64,000 nt of DNA, from assembly GCA_039915165.1 (NCBI GenBank), contig JBDSNU010000017.1:2041-66040 (forward strand), written 5' to 3'. Under the pieces are notes generated by a model, which was given only the letters and a program-made list of their open reading frames with translations, was not told where the DNA came from and did no database searches. This document shows positions 48,053-57,837 of the stretch, piece by piece (within the stretch, counting starts at the first letter, position 1; each line of letters begins with the position of its first letter). The stretch comes from Minisyncoccota bacterium. Lineage in GTDB: Bacteria > Patescibacteriota > Minisyncoccia > Phycocordibacterales > UBA9973. A program made the translations under genes and the position numbers.

Positions 48053-49105
48053 ATGACCATTATCATTTTCATCTTGGTGCTGCTCGTTACCGTTATCGTA
48101 CATGAATGGGGGCATTTTTTTATTGCGCGCAAAAGCGGGATGGCGGTAGAAGAATTTGGTTTCGGTATTCCACCACGATTGTTTTCATGGAAGCGAGGGG
48201 AAACACTCTACACTATTAACCTATTACCAATCGGTGGCTTTGTAAAAATCGCAGGTGAAAATGGTATTGAAGGCGGCTTTCCTGTTGAGAGACAGTTTGA
48301 ATCAAAGCCGTGGTATTTGAAGAGCGCTGTACTGATTGCTGGTGTCGTGATGAACCTCGTGCTCGCCATTGTATTGTTTACAGCTGCATATACTATCGGT
48401 ATGCCTGTAACCAGTGATCATGGCACTCCAACCATCGTAAGTGTTGTTGCTGGTTCTCCTTCAGCACAAAGTGGTTTATCTGTAGGCGACACTGTAACGA
48501 GTGTGACAGTTGGCGGTACTACATTGCCCGCCCCCATCTCTACAGATGCACTTCACAGTGCGGTGATGAAAAGCACTGGTCCTATTACGGTTACGTATAA
48601 TCACTTAGGCAAGTCTCACACAGTTGATGTGATGCCCTCTGGTAGTGGTGCTTCACGTATTGTTGGTCTAGCAATCGAACCTGTAAGTAATGTACGGTTA
48701 TCATTGCCAGCTGCATTTGTTGCAGCGTTGCACCAAACCTACACTATTGGTTCAGAAATTTTTAGTACACTCGCTAGTTTGATAGCCGGTATTTTTCATC
48801 ATAACAATACTGCTAGTGGCTTAGTAGGGCCTGTGGGTCTAGCTCAAGAAGTAGGAAGTGCGGCAAGTATCGGCTTCACCTACCTGCTGGCATTCACTGC
48901 AGCAATTTCAGTAAACTTAGCGGTCATCAATATTATGCCATTTCCAGCTTTGGATGGAGGGCGATTGATTGTAGTGCTCCTTGAGGCTATTACTCGACGC
49001 AAATTCTCGCAAAATACCGTTGGTATTATTCATGCAATTGGGTTTTTGCTTCTTTTGGGACTGATGGTATTTCTCACAGTCGGAGACGTTCGCCGGCTCT
49101 TATAG
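48053..49105 (+). CDS. rseP: RIP metalloprotease RseP (M50, PDZ)
   Basis: HEWGH, PIGGFVKI, GPVG, NIMPFPALDGG. Confidence 0.92.
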   Translation: MTIIIFILVLLVTVIVHEWGHFFIARKSGMAVEEFGFGIPPRLFSWKRGETLYTINLLPIGGFVKIAGENGIEGGFPVERQFESKPWYLKSAVLIAGVVMNLVLAIVLFTAAYTIGMPVTSDHGTPTIVSVVAGSPSAQSGLSVGDTVTSVTVGGTTLPAPISTDALHSAVMKSTGPITVTYNHLGKSHTVDVMPSGSGASRIVGLAIEPVSNVRLSLPAAFVAALHQTYTIGSEIFSTLASLIAGIFHHNNTASGLVGPVGLAQEVGSAASIGFTYLLAFTAAISVNLAVINIMPFPALDGGRLIVVLLEAITRRKFSQNTVGIIHAIGFLLLLGLMVFLTVGDVRRLL

Positions 49106-49193
49106 GGTAGGGAGGTACTCTTGACAAAAGTTTGACTTTTATTTTATATATGATAAAGTATTAACTATATAACTAATATAAAAACACAGACAC

Positions 49194-50228
49194 ATGGCAA
49201 CTATCAGTTTTAAACCTAAACAAGTCACTAAGCGCTTGCTTTCCAATCTCCAAGATCGCGCACATGACATTATCGTGAACCGATACGGTCTCGAGGATAC
49301 AGCTGATTCAAAAACACTGGAAGCAATCGGGAAAAAATACGGTATCACTCGTGAACGTGTTCGCCAAATCGAAAACGCGGCTCTTGCTGCGATTCGTAAG
49401 AGTGATAACTTCAAAGCCGAAACAAAAGTATTTGGTGAATTGAAGGAACTTGTAGAAGCTATGGGCAGTATGGTTCATGAAGATGACTTCCTTTCTTACG
49501 TGTCAAAAGACAAGGCAGTGCAGAACCACATTCGTTTTTATATGGTACTCGGTGATGAATTTGAAAAGATGAAAGAAGATGATCACTTCGAAACTCGTTG
49601 GACAGTTGATCAGGAACTTTCTGAAGTAATTCATGATGCATTACACAAAGTGTACAAAAGTCTCGATGACAAAGAATTGCTCAGTGAAGATGACCTTGTA
49701 GTACGTTTTCTTGATGAATTGAAAGGGGTAGCCGTTCAATACAAAAATGAAGAAGTTGCTCGTCGCTGGTTAAATATCTCAAAGAAAATCGGCAAAAATC
49801 CTCTCGGTGAATGGGGTCCTTCTGAATCTCAGAACATTAAAACTCGAGGCATCAAAGACTATGCATTCTTAATGATGCGCAAACATGGTTCACCGATGCA
49901 CTTCCGTGAAGTAGCAAAAGCTATTGTTGATACATTTGGTCGCAAGACACATGTTGCAACTACTCACAATGAATTGATCAAAGACCCACGTTTTGTTCTT
50001 GTTGGTCGCGGTTACTACGCGCTCTCTGAATGGGGATACAAGCCAGGTGTTGTGCGTGATGTTATTAAGGAAATTCTTGTAAAAGAAGGCCCTCTTACTA
50101 AAGAAGATGTTGTAGACCGAGTGTTAAAAGAACGTTTCCTTAAAAAGAACACTATTCTTGTTAACCTCCAGAACGCAAAATACTTTACTAAATTAGAGAA
50201 CGGTACATATACCGTTGCAAAGAAATAG
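49194..50228 (+). CDS. Sigma-70 region-4 plus HARE-HTH domain protein
   Basis: TLEAIGKKYGITRERVRQIE; PMHFREV...FVLVGRGYYALSEW. Confidence 0.8.
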   Translation: MATISFKPKQVTKRLLSNLQDRAHDIIVNRYGLEDTADSKTLEAIGKKYGITRERVRQIENAALAAIRKSDNFKAETKVFGELKELVEAMGSMVHEDDFLSYVSKDKAVQNHIRFYMVLGDEFEKMKEDDHFETRWTVDQELSEVIHDALHKVYKSLDDKELLSEDDLVVRFLDELKGVAVQYKNEEVARRWLNISKKIGKNPLGEWGPSESQNIKTRGIKDYAFLMMRKHGSPMHFREVAKAIVDTFGRKTHVATTHNELIKDPRFVLVGRGYYALSEWGYKPGVVRDVIKEILVKEGPLTKEDVVDRVLKERFLKKNTILVNLQNAKYFTKLENGTYTVAKK

Positions 50229-50231
50229 CAT

Positions 50232-50978
50232 ATGGCTGACGCTCCAAGTGGTGGTAGTGGAAGCGGCTGGGGTGCGCTTGAGGTAATCTTGGCGCTCATT
50301 CTCGGTATCGGACTTATTACGACACTTACTGGCGGCACTATTCAGCCACTCTTTGGTACAGCAACAACCGGCAAAAAAACTGTTGCGACTGGTACTGCAA
50401 AAACAACCGCGCCTACTGGATGCGGCATTGTTGTTAGTCGACCAAAAACAAAAGAAAAAGTAACTACTGAAGTAGCTGTGGCCGGTAGTTTCCCAGAATG
50501 TATTACAGCAGCAAATATTCCTACTACGATCAATGCACAAGTTGTTGATAGTACCGGCACACCGCTTTCTGTATATACTTCTATCCCCATAAATAAAGGA
50601 TTTTTTGGATTGGGTGGCGGATCTACTTTTAATGCGACTATTCCATTGGTTGGTGTAGCACATAGTACTAGCGGATATTTGATACTTTCTGCTCCAACAC
50701 AAGCAGATGGCAGTGTGTTATCTACACGTGTGGCGATTCAATTTGCCACAGGCACAACTTCCAATGCAACAAATGCTGGTCAGCCAACATATATTCCGAA
50801 TACCACTACGACTGGTGGTTCATATTTTGTACCTAGTACAACATATCCTTCAAATACCTCAGGACAAACAACTACGACCACCACTACTAATACAAATACT
50901 CAGACTACTGCACCGACCTATACTCCTCCTGCAACAACTACCGGATCAGGATCAGGTTCTGGAAGTAACACTTTTTAA
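50232..50978 (+). CDS. Membrane-anchored protein with an Ig-like domain and Thr-rich tail
   Basis: TM helix, beta-rich core, low-complexity T/G/S tail. Confidence 0.6.
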   Translation: MADAPSGGSGSGWGALEVILALILGIGLITTLTGGTIQPLFGTATTGKKTVATGTAKTTAPTGCGIVVSRPKTKEKVTTEVAVAGSFPECITAANIPTTINAQVVDSTGTPLSVYTSIPINKGFFGLGGGSTFNATIPLVGVAHSTSGYLILSAPTQADGSVLSTRVAIQFATGTTSNATNAGQPTYIPNTTTTGGSYFVPSTTYPSNTSGQTTTTTTTNTNTQTTAPTYTPPATTTGSGSGSGSNTF

Positions 50979-51004
50979 ACACTCAATGGTATACTAATAC
51001 CTAT

Positions 51005-52270
51005 ATGCAACAAACGATCATCGCTCCTTCATTTTGGCAAGGAGTAATCGGACTTATTATCGCTGCTCCTGTACTAACATATCTTGCTTGGCATCTTTGG
51101 GTAACATATGTTCAGACACTTTGGCTCAATTCACTGAAGTGGACATTGTTAGAAGTGAAACCGCCAAAAGAAGTTTTTAAATCTCCACTAGCAATGGAGC
51201 TGGTGATTAATTCACTCTATCAAACAGGGGGTCACGGTAACTGGCTGCAAAAATATTGGCTAGGTGCTATGCGCGCATGGTTCTCATTGGAAATTGTTTC
51301 CAATGAAGGAAACATTCATTTTTATATTCGTACTCAAACTAAATTCAAAAATGTTATCCAGTCACAAATTTATGCGCAGTATCCACAAGCAGAAGTAAGT
51401 GAAGTAGAAGACTATACCAGTTCAGTGCCAGACTTCACGAGTGGTACTATTGGATTGTGGGGGTGTAATTTAGTATTAACAAAAGACGATCCATATCCTA
51501 TCAAAACATATATTGATTTTGGTCTTGACCGTGCAGTGGGTTCTTTGGATGAAGAGCAACGTATTGACCCTATCACTCCGATGTTGGAATTCATGGGCTC
51601 AATTGGTGTAGGTGAACAAATCTGGTTTCAAATTTTAGTGCGAGCAGATACCAAGCGTTTTACTATTAAAGGTAAAGAAGGGGATGAAACTGGTAAGGGC
51701 TGGACTGATAAAGCAAAAGAGCTGATCAAGGATTTTAATATTAGTCTGACTGAAAAAGATAAAGAAGGGAAAACTATTGCCACTCGCCGTGCTACAAAAG
51801 GTGAAATGGGTGTTATCGATGCATTAGAACGCAATGCCAGTAAGTTTGGCTTTGATGCTGGTGTACGCACACTGTATATCACTCAAAAAGATAAATTCGA
51901 TGCAAACAAAATTGCTGGATTAACAGGTATGGTCCGTCAATACAACTCCAATGATTTCAATAGTTTCAAGCCAGATGGCGCAACGGCTTTTGATTTCCCT
52001 TGGCAAGATATTACAGGCAAGAGAATTATCAAACTCAAACAAGGCATTCTTGATGCATACAAAGGTCGCGCTTATTTCTACGGAGCATTTGATATCAAGA
52101 AACCGGAAAAATATTTTACCTATCCTGAAAAGTCTGGTGCAAAGCCTTTTATTCTTTCAACAGAAGAGCTCGCTACAATGTTCCACTTGCCTGGTCGTGT
52201 TGCTGAAACTCCAAGCTTCACTCGTATTGAGGCGACAAAAGCAGAGCCACCAGCGAACCTTCCAATGTAA
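51005..52270 (+). CDS. Conserved CPR membrane-anchored hypothetical protein
   Basis: LLEVKPPKEV.KSPLAME, FSLEIVS..G.IHFY, ILSTEELATMFHLP, AEPPANLP. Confidence 0.7.
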   Translation: MQQTIIAPSFWQGVIGLIIAAPVLTYLAWHLWVTYVQTLWLNSLKWTLLEVKPPKEVFKSPLAMELVINSLYQTGGHGNWLQKYWLGAMRAWFSLEIVSNEGNIHFYIRTQTKFKNVIQSQIYAQYPQAEVSEVEDYTSSVPDFTSGTIGLWGCNLVLTKDDPYPIKTYIDFGLDRAVGSLDEEQRIDPITPMLEFMGSIGVGEQIWFQILVRADTKRFTIKGKEGDETGKGWTDKAKELIKDFNISLTEKDKEGKTIATRRATKGEMGVIDALERNASKFGFDAGVRTLYITQKDKFDANKIAGLTGMVRQYNSNDFNSFKPDGATAFDFPWQDITGKRIIKLKQGILDAYKGRAYFYGAFDIKKPEKYFTYPEKSGAKPFILSTEELATMFHLPGRVAETPSFTRIEATKAEPPANLPM

Positions 52271-52272
52271 TC

Positions 52273-53184
52273 ATGCAGCATTTTCACAGAGAATTTCAAA
52301 AAGGGTTTATTGGACAGGCATTACTCACTATCATACTGGGGGTGATATTTTTCAGTGCAGTGAACAAAACATTTGTGGCAGCTCCGAGTTCATTTCCCTC
52401 ACCATATACACTTACTGTTTCTTCTGGAGAAAGTTTGGCGGATATTTCAAAACAGCTGCGCACTGACGGCGCAATTACATCTGCTCGAGTATTTGAATTA
52501 TCAATGCGTATTCTTGGTGATGATAAACATATTAGTGAGGGAGAATATAGTTTTGATCAACCTTTGTCTTCACTGAGTATTGCTATGAGAATTTCTGGTA
52601 AAGAGTTTGGTATCAATAAACAAAAAATTACTTTCCCTGAAGGATATACCAATGCAGACATGGCGCACCATCTCAAACAAATATTTCCAGAATTTGATGC
52701 GACACAATTCATGGTGCTAACAAAAGAAAAACAAGGATATTTATTCCCGGACACATACAGTTTCTTCCCAACACCATTACCCGGTGATGTAGTAATTTCT
52801 ATTCAAAAAAATTATGAAAAGAAAGTTGCCCCACTACGTGATGATATTGCCGCCAGTGGTCATACAGAGTCAGAAATAATCATCATGGCGTCTATTATTG
52901 AAAAGGAGGCACACGGAGCGAATGATCGAGCTATCATTGCAGGTATATTGTGGAACCGTATTAATAATGGTATGGCATTGCAGGTTGATGCTGCTCCAAC
53001 CACATATAAACATAAAGGATTGCCGGACAGTCCTATTAGTAACCCTGGTCTTGCAACGATCAAGGCTGCTATTGCACCTGTTGCTTCAAACTATGTCTAC
53101 TATTTACATGACAGCGCTGGCAACATACACTATGCTTCTACTTACAAAGAACACGAACAGAATATTACAAAGTATTTAAAATAA
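52273..53184 (+). CDS. mltG: Endolytic transglycosylase MltG
   Basis: ITFPEG, GYLFPDTY, MASIIEKE, LQVDA, GLPDSPISNPG. Confidence 0.92.
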   Translation: MQHFHREFQKGFIGQALLTIILGVIFFSAVNKTFVAAPSSFPSPYTLTVSSGESLADISKQLRTDGAITSARVFELSMRILGDDKHISEGEYSFDQPLSSLSIAMRISGKEFGINKQKITFPEGYTNADMAHHLKQIFPEFDATQFMVLTKEKQGYLFPDTYSFFPTPLPGDVVISIQKNYEKKVAPLRDDIAASGHTESEIIIMASIIEKEAHGANDRAIIAGILWNRINNGMALQVDAAPTTYKHKGLPDSPISNPGLATIKAAIAPVASNYVYYLHDSAGNIHYASTYKEHEQNITKYLK

Positions 53185-53185
53185 T

Positions 53186-53728
53186 ATGATCCTCCAACAA
53201 TCACTGGCATTTATAGACGTAGAGACTACCGGTCTCGATCATGACAAGGCTGAAATCATTGAACTCGGTGTAGTTATCGCCAAGCTTCGAGATGGTGAAC
53301 TTGTCGTTACTGATCAGCTTGATGTGAAAATTCACCCAAAACATTTGGAGACTGCCGAACCGGCAGCACTTCGCATCAATGGCTATAACGAAGCTGATTG
53401 GATGTTTGCTGTTTCTCTTGAAGATGCAATGAAAAGTTTTGCGGACAAAACTGACGGTGCAGTATTCGTCGCGCATAATATTACTTTTGATTATGGTTTT
53501 GTTGAAAAAGCATTCAAAGACACTGGCATAGAAAACAAAATGCATTATCACAAGCTCGATACAATCGCTATGGCATTCGGTATTTTGCATGACCAAGATG
53601 ACATTAGCCGCTTTTCATTGAAAGCATTGTGCGAATACTACGGCATCGAAAATAAAAAAGCCCACTCAGCATTTGCAGATGCGTACGCAACGTATGAGGT
53701 GTTTAAGAAGTTATTAAAGTTGAAATAA
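53186..53728 (+). CDS. DEDDh 3'-5' exonuclease
   Basis: IDVETTG, VAHNITFD, HSAFADA. Confidence 0.9.
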   Translation: MILQQSLAFIDVETTGLDHDKAEIIELGVVIAKLRDGELVVTDQLDVKIHPKHLETAEPAALRINGYNEADWMFAVSLEDAMKSFADKTDGAVFVAHNITFDYGFVEKAFKDTGIENKMHYHKLDTIAMAFGILHDQDDISRFSLKALCEYYGIENKKAHSAFADAYATYEVFKKLLKLK

Positions 53729-53818
53729 GTACTACAGGTATACCCTGGCATCTATATCCACAGCCACTATATGTGCGTTGCTAAGCAAAGCACATAGTTG
53801 TGTGTTACTATCAAAATC

Positions 53819-54898
53819 GTGAAAGATAAAGAAACAATTTTAGTAGGGATCTCTGGCGGAGTGGATAGCTCTGTTGCAGCTTTTTTGTTGAAAGAGCAAG
53901 GATATGATGTTCAGGGGATTTTTGTGAAGACCTGGGCTCCTGACTGGGTGCCCTGTACATGGGTAGATGAAAAGAGAGATGCAATGCGTATTTGCGCCGC
54001 ATTGGATATTCCTTTTCATTTCCTCGATGCGAGTGAAGAATACAAACAAGGCGTTGCTGACTATATGATCAGTGAATACAAACTTGGGCGCACTCCCAAC
54101 CCGGACGTACTCTGTAACAAAATTATTAAGTTTGGTGCCATGTGGAAGTATGCACAAGAACACGGGGCAAAATTTATTGCCACCGGGCACTATGCGCGCA
54201 ATGCTCACATTGCGCGTCCCGAGGGAATCGAGGGATCTATTCTTCAAAAAGGGGTGGACCCTGCCAAAGACCAATCCTATTTCCTCTGGATGGTGCCAAA
54301 AGAACTACTCCCTCAAATCAAGTTTTCCATTGGTCATCTGCAAAAGAAAGAAGTACGTGCCATTGCGGAAAGAGCGGGATTGTTTACCGCAGTAAAAAAG
54401 GATAGTCAGGGTATTTGCTTCCTCGGTGAAATAGATATGAAAGATTTTTTACGTCACTACATTGATGAAAAGCCAGGAGTAGTACTAAATGATGATGGGG
54501 TAGTTGTTGGCGAACATAATGGTGTTTGGTTTTATACACTCGGTGAGCGTCACGGTTTTCGCATCACAGAAAAAGATACTAACCGCACGCCGTATTATAT
54601 TGTTGGCAAAGATGTTGAAAACAATACCATTACAGTTGCTCGTAGTGTAAATAATAATATCAAGACAGACGGCAAAGTGATTATAAAGTTGCGTGATACA
54701 AACTGGTTTATTGATCCAAAGCAGGGAATTGAGTACACGGCACAGATCCGATATCACGGAGCACTTTTGCAGGCAAAAATGCTCGATAGTCATACAGTGG
54801 TACTGCAATGTAATGAAGCAATTCCTCTCGGTCAATCATTGTTACTATATCAAGGTGACAATGTGATCGGTGGTGGAGTGCTTGACATTTTAGCATAA
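53819..54898 (+). CDS. mnmA: tRNA 2-thiouridylase MnmA
   Basis: SGGVDS, TPNPDVLCN, ATGHY, KDQSYFL, KKDSQGICF. Confidence 0.96.
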   Translation: MKDKETILVGISGGVDSSVAAFLLKEQGYDVQGIFVKTWAPDWVPCTWVDEKRDAMRICAALDIPFHFLDASEEYKQGVADYMISEYKLGRTPNPDVLCNKIIKFGAMWKYAQEHGAKFIATGHYARNAHIARPEGIEGSILQKGVDPAKDQSYFLWMVPKELLPQIKFSIGHLQKKEVRAIAERAGLFTAVKKDSQGICFLGEIDMKDFLRHYIDEKPGVVLNDDGVVVGEHNGVWFYTLGERHGFRITEKDTNRTPYYIVGKDVENNTITVARSVNNNIKTDGKVIIKLRDTNWFIDPKQGIEYTAQIRYHGALLQAKMLDSHTVVLQCNEAIPLGQSLLLYQGDNVIGGGVLDILA

Positions 54899-54962
54899 AA
54901 GTGCTATAGTATTAGGGAAGTTCAAAGAGTTCATCACAAACAAACCACATAAAAAACACATC

Positions 54963-55199
54963 ATGAAAAAGTTACTTTCAGTTATCGCAGTATTAACTTT
55001 AATTGCTACCTCATTTTCTTCATGCGCAGTAGGTAATGCTGCCCTGAATGCTTACGCAAACGGATATCGCCCAGGCCAAACAATCTATGGCCCGCCAGCG
55101 CAACATCCATTTGGTTCCGTATCAACACATACTGACCCGGCCGTTGCTGCAGCACAAACACAACATGTTGCCTCCGTAGGCTTAGGCAGTACTTACTAA
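54963..55199 (+). CDS. Small orphan putative lipoprotein
   Basis: MKKLLSVIAVLTLIATSFSSC; promoter inside the mnmA end; terminator near 55221. Confidence 0.6.
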   Translation: MKKLLSVIAVLTLIATSFSSCAVGNAALNAYANGYRPGQTIYGPPAQHPFGSVSTHTDPAVAAAQTQHVASVGLGSTY

Positions 55200-55286
55200 A
55201 CCACTACCGGTTAAAATTCAAGAGCATATACATTTTATAAATGTGTATGCTTTTTTTATTTCCTCGCTCTACTGTATACTATCTGC

Positions 55287-55763
55287 ATGACTGCAATATT
55301 AACGAATGTTATTTATATTAAATTATTCATGGCCATGCTTTTGGGTATGATCTTGGGTGTGGAACGCTTTGTCGCCCACAAAACTGCTGGTATGCGCACC
55401 TACACATTGGTATCGCTTGGCGCTGCAATGTTTGTTGTTATTTCTCAAATGGTTTCTGCACAATACGGCATCACCACCTACGACTTTCACTTAGTAGCAG
55501 CCATTGTTTCTGCTGCCGGATTCCTTGGTGTCGGCTCTATCATTCGTAGTGATATGAAAGTGATCGGTATCACTACTGCAACAGGTCTCTGGGTTGCTAC
55601 TGGTATAGGTATGGCCTGCGGCTTTGGTTTTTATCAACTTGCTTCAATCGTAACAATGCTGACCCTCTTTGCATTTATAGTATTGTGGTTTGTTGAGAAA
55701 CAAGTAAGCAAACTTAGTATTATGAAAATCGATCCGACCACGCCGATCGATCCGCAGTTATAG
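55287..55763 (+). CDS. MgtC/SapB family protein
   Basis: LGVER..HKTAGMRTYTLV, GFLGVG, GITTATGLW. Confidence 0.9.
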   Translation: MTAILTNVIYIKLFMAMLLGMILGVERFVAHKTAGMRTYTLVSLGAAMFVVISQMVSAQYGITTYDFHLVAAIVSAAGFLGVGSIIRSDMKVIGITTATGLWVATGIGMACGFGFYQLASIVTMLTLFAFIVLWFVEKQVSKLSIMKIDPTTPIDPQL

Positions 55764-55767
55764 AAAT

Positions 55768-57798
55768 ATGGAAAACCCACTACTGAACTTGCATACATTA
55801 GGAAACAATGAATACATTCCTTTTGATAAAATTAAGAATGAACATTTTGAATCCGCTTTTGCAGTTGCGTTTACAGTAGCACGAGAAAATCTTGAGAAAA
55901 TCATCACTAATACTGAAGTAGCTACATTTGAAAATACAATTGAAGCAATAGAATATTGTAGTGAACAGCTTGATGCAATCGTAAGAGTATTCACTAATCT
56001 AAAAGAAGCTCATACAAACGACGAGATTAATCGCATTGCTGAAACATTGATGCCACAGCTCGCTGATTGGGCAAATGATCTTTTATTAAATGAAAAACTT
56101 TTTGAAAGAGTTAAATATGTATTTGAATCAAATCCAGATTTAAAAAGTGTAGAGCAAAAAAGATTGTTGCAAAATACCTACGATTCATTTGTAGTTAATG
56201 GCGCACTGTTATCTAATGAGGATAAAGTGCTATTAAGAAATTACGATCAGCAAATAGAATCACTGAGTGAATCTTTTGCTAGCAATGTGCTTAATGCCAC
56301 AAATGCATATGAACTCGTTATTGATAATGAGCAAGATTTAGCAGGGTTGCCTGAACGTGTCCGCGAAGGAGCTAAGGGGGAGGCAGTATCAAGAGGAAAA
56401 GATCAGAGCTGGATATTCACACTGCAGCACCCAAGTTATGGTCCGTTTTTACAATATGCAGACAGTGAAAAGTTACGAAGGGAATTATCAATTGCATTGG
56501 CTTCCCGAGCTATGAGCGGTGAATACAATAATCAGTCAATTGTACTTGAGATGGTAAGCCTGCGTAATAAAAAGGCAGCACTACTGGGATTCAATAGTTT
56601 TGCAGATCTTGTTTTGCATAATCGAATGGCCAAGACCCCTCAAAAAGTATACGATTTTTTCAACGAGTTATATTCTGTAGCGAGACCTAAAGCAGAAGAA
56701 GATTTTGAAGAATTACGAGCCCACAAAGAATTATTAACTGGTAATAACGTACTAGAATCTTGGGATGTTTCTTATATTGCCGAAAAGATTAAACAAAGTA
56801 AGTATGAGTTTAATGAAGAGGCTTTTAGGCCTTATTTTGAAATTAATAATGTATTGGAAAGTGTGTTTGAGCATGCTCGCCGTTTGTATGGTCTACAATT
56901 TAAGCAAATAAAAGATATTCCTGTATATCATGAGGATGTTACAGCATATGAAATAAAAGATGACGCTGGAAAATATGTCGGTACTATGTATTTTGACTTA
57001 TTTACTCGGGCCTCAAAAAGGGGTGGGGCCTGGATTGATGCACTTCGCATGCAACACAATAAGAACGGAAAAAATATTCGTTCGCAGGCACTCATTGTTG
57101 GAAGTTTAACAAAGCCAACAAAAACAGTTCCATCCCTACTTAGTTTTTGGGATGTTGAAACACTATTTCATGAATTTGGACATGGCATGCATTTAATACT
57201 TTCACAGTGTACATATCCGTCTCTGGCAGGTTTCAACAGCCTATGGGATTTTGTTGAAATGCCCTCCCAGTTTATGCAGGCTTTTGCAACACAAAAAGAA
57301 TCGTTGGAAATTATTGGAAAGCATTATCAGACAGGGGAGCTAATACCCGCTGAGTTTATTGAAAAAAATACCGCAGTAAAAAGGTTTATGGCAGCATATT
57401 ATATGATTGGACAAATTGGCGCTGCTGCTTTGGATATGAAATGGCATGATGGCAGTGCAATAGATGCAACTAGCGTAGAATCATTTGAGTATGAGGCAAG
57501 AAAGCCATATAGATTTTTTCAACCAATACCAGGAACAAGTCACTCAGCTACTTTTAGTCATATCTTTCATGGAGGGTATCCTGCCGGGTATTATAGTTAT
57601 CATTGGGCTGAAGTACTTTCTGCAGATGCATTTGAATATTTTAAACAGAATGGATTATTCAATAAAGATTTAGCACAATCACTCAAAGATAACATTCTCT
57701 CAAGAGGCAACACTGAAGAACCGATGGTGCTATACAAAAGATTTAGAGGGCAAGAGCCTGATCCTCATGCTTTGTTGCGCATTAAAGGATTGCTGTAA
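55768..57798 (+). CDS. M3 family metallopeptidase (Dcp/oligopeptidase A)
   Basis: KRGGAW, LFHEFGHGMH, WDFVEMPSQ, FSHIF.GGY.AGYYSY.WAEVL. Confidence 0.93.
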   Translation: MENPLLNLHTLGNNEYIPFDKIKNEHFESAFAVAFTVARENLEKIITNTEVATFENTIEAIEYCSEQLDAIVRVFTNLKEAHTNDEINRIAETLMPQLADWANDLLLNEKLFERVKYVFESNPDLKSVEQKRLLQNTYDSFVVNGALLSNEDKVLLRNYDQQIESLSESFASNVLNATNAYELVIDNEQDLAGLPERVREGAKGEAVSRGKDQSWIFTLQHPSYGPFLQYADSEKLRRELSIALASRAMSGEYNNQSIVLEMVSLRNKKAALLGFNSFADLVLHNRMAKTPQKVYDFFNELYSVARPKAEEDFEELRAHKELLTGNNVLESWDVSYIAEKIKQSKYEFNEEAFRPYFEINNVLESVFEHARRLYGLQFKQIKDIPVYHEDVTAYEIKDDAGKYVGTMYFDLFTRASKRGGAWIDALRMQHNKNGKNIRSQALIVGSLTKPTKTVPSLLSFWDVETLFHEFGHGMHLILSQCTYPSLAGFNSLWDFVEMPSQFMQAFATQKESLEIIGKHYQTGELIPAEFIEKNTAVKRFMAAYYMIGQIGAAALDMKWHDGSAIDATSVESFEYEARKPYRFFQPIPGTSHSATFSHIFHGGYPAGYYSYHWAEVLSADAFEYFKQNGLFNKDLAQSLKDNILSRGNTEEPMVLYKRFRGQEPDPHALLRIKGLL

Positions 57799-57837
57799 TA
57801 TCTTTATTTATTGATCTTTTTTTGCTACAGTAGCCTT

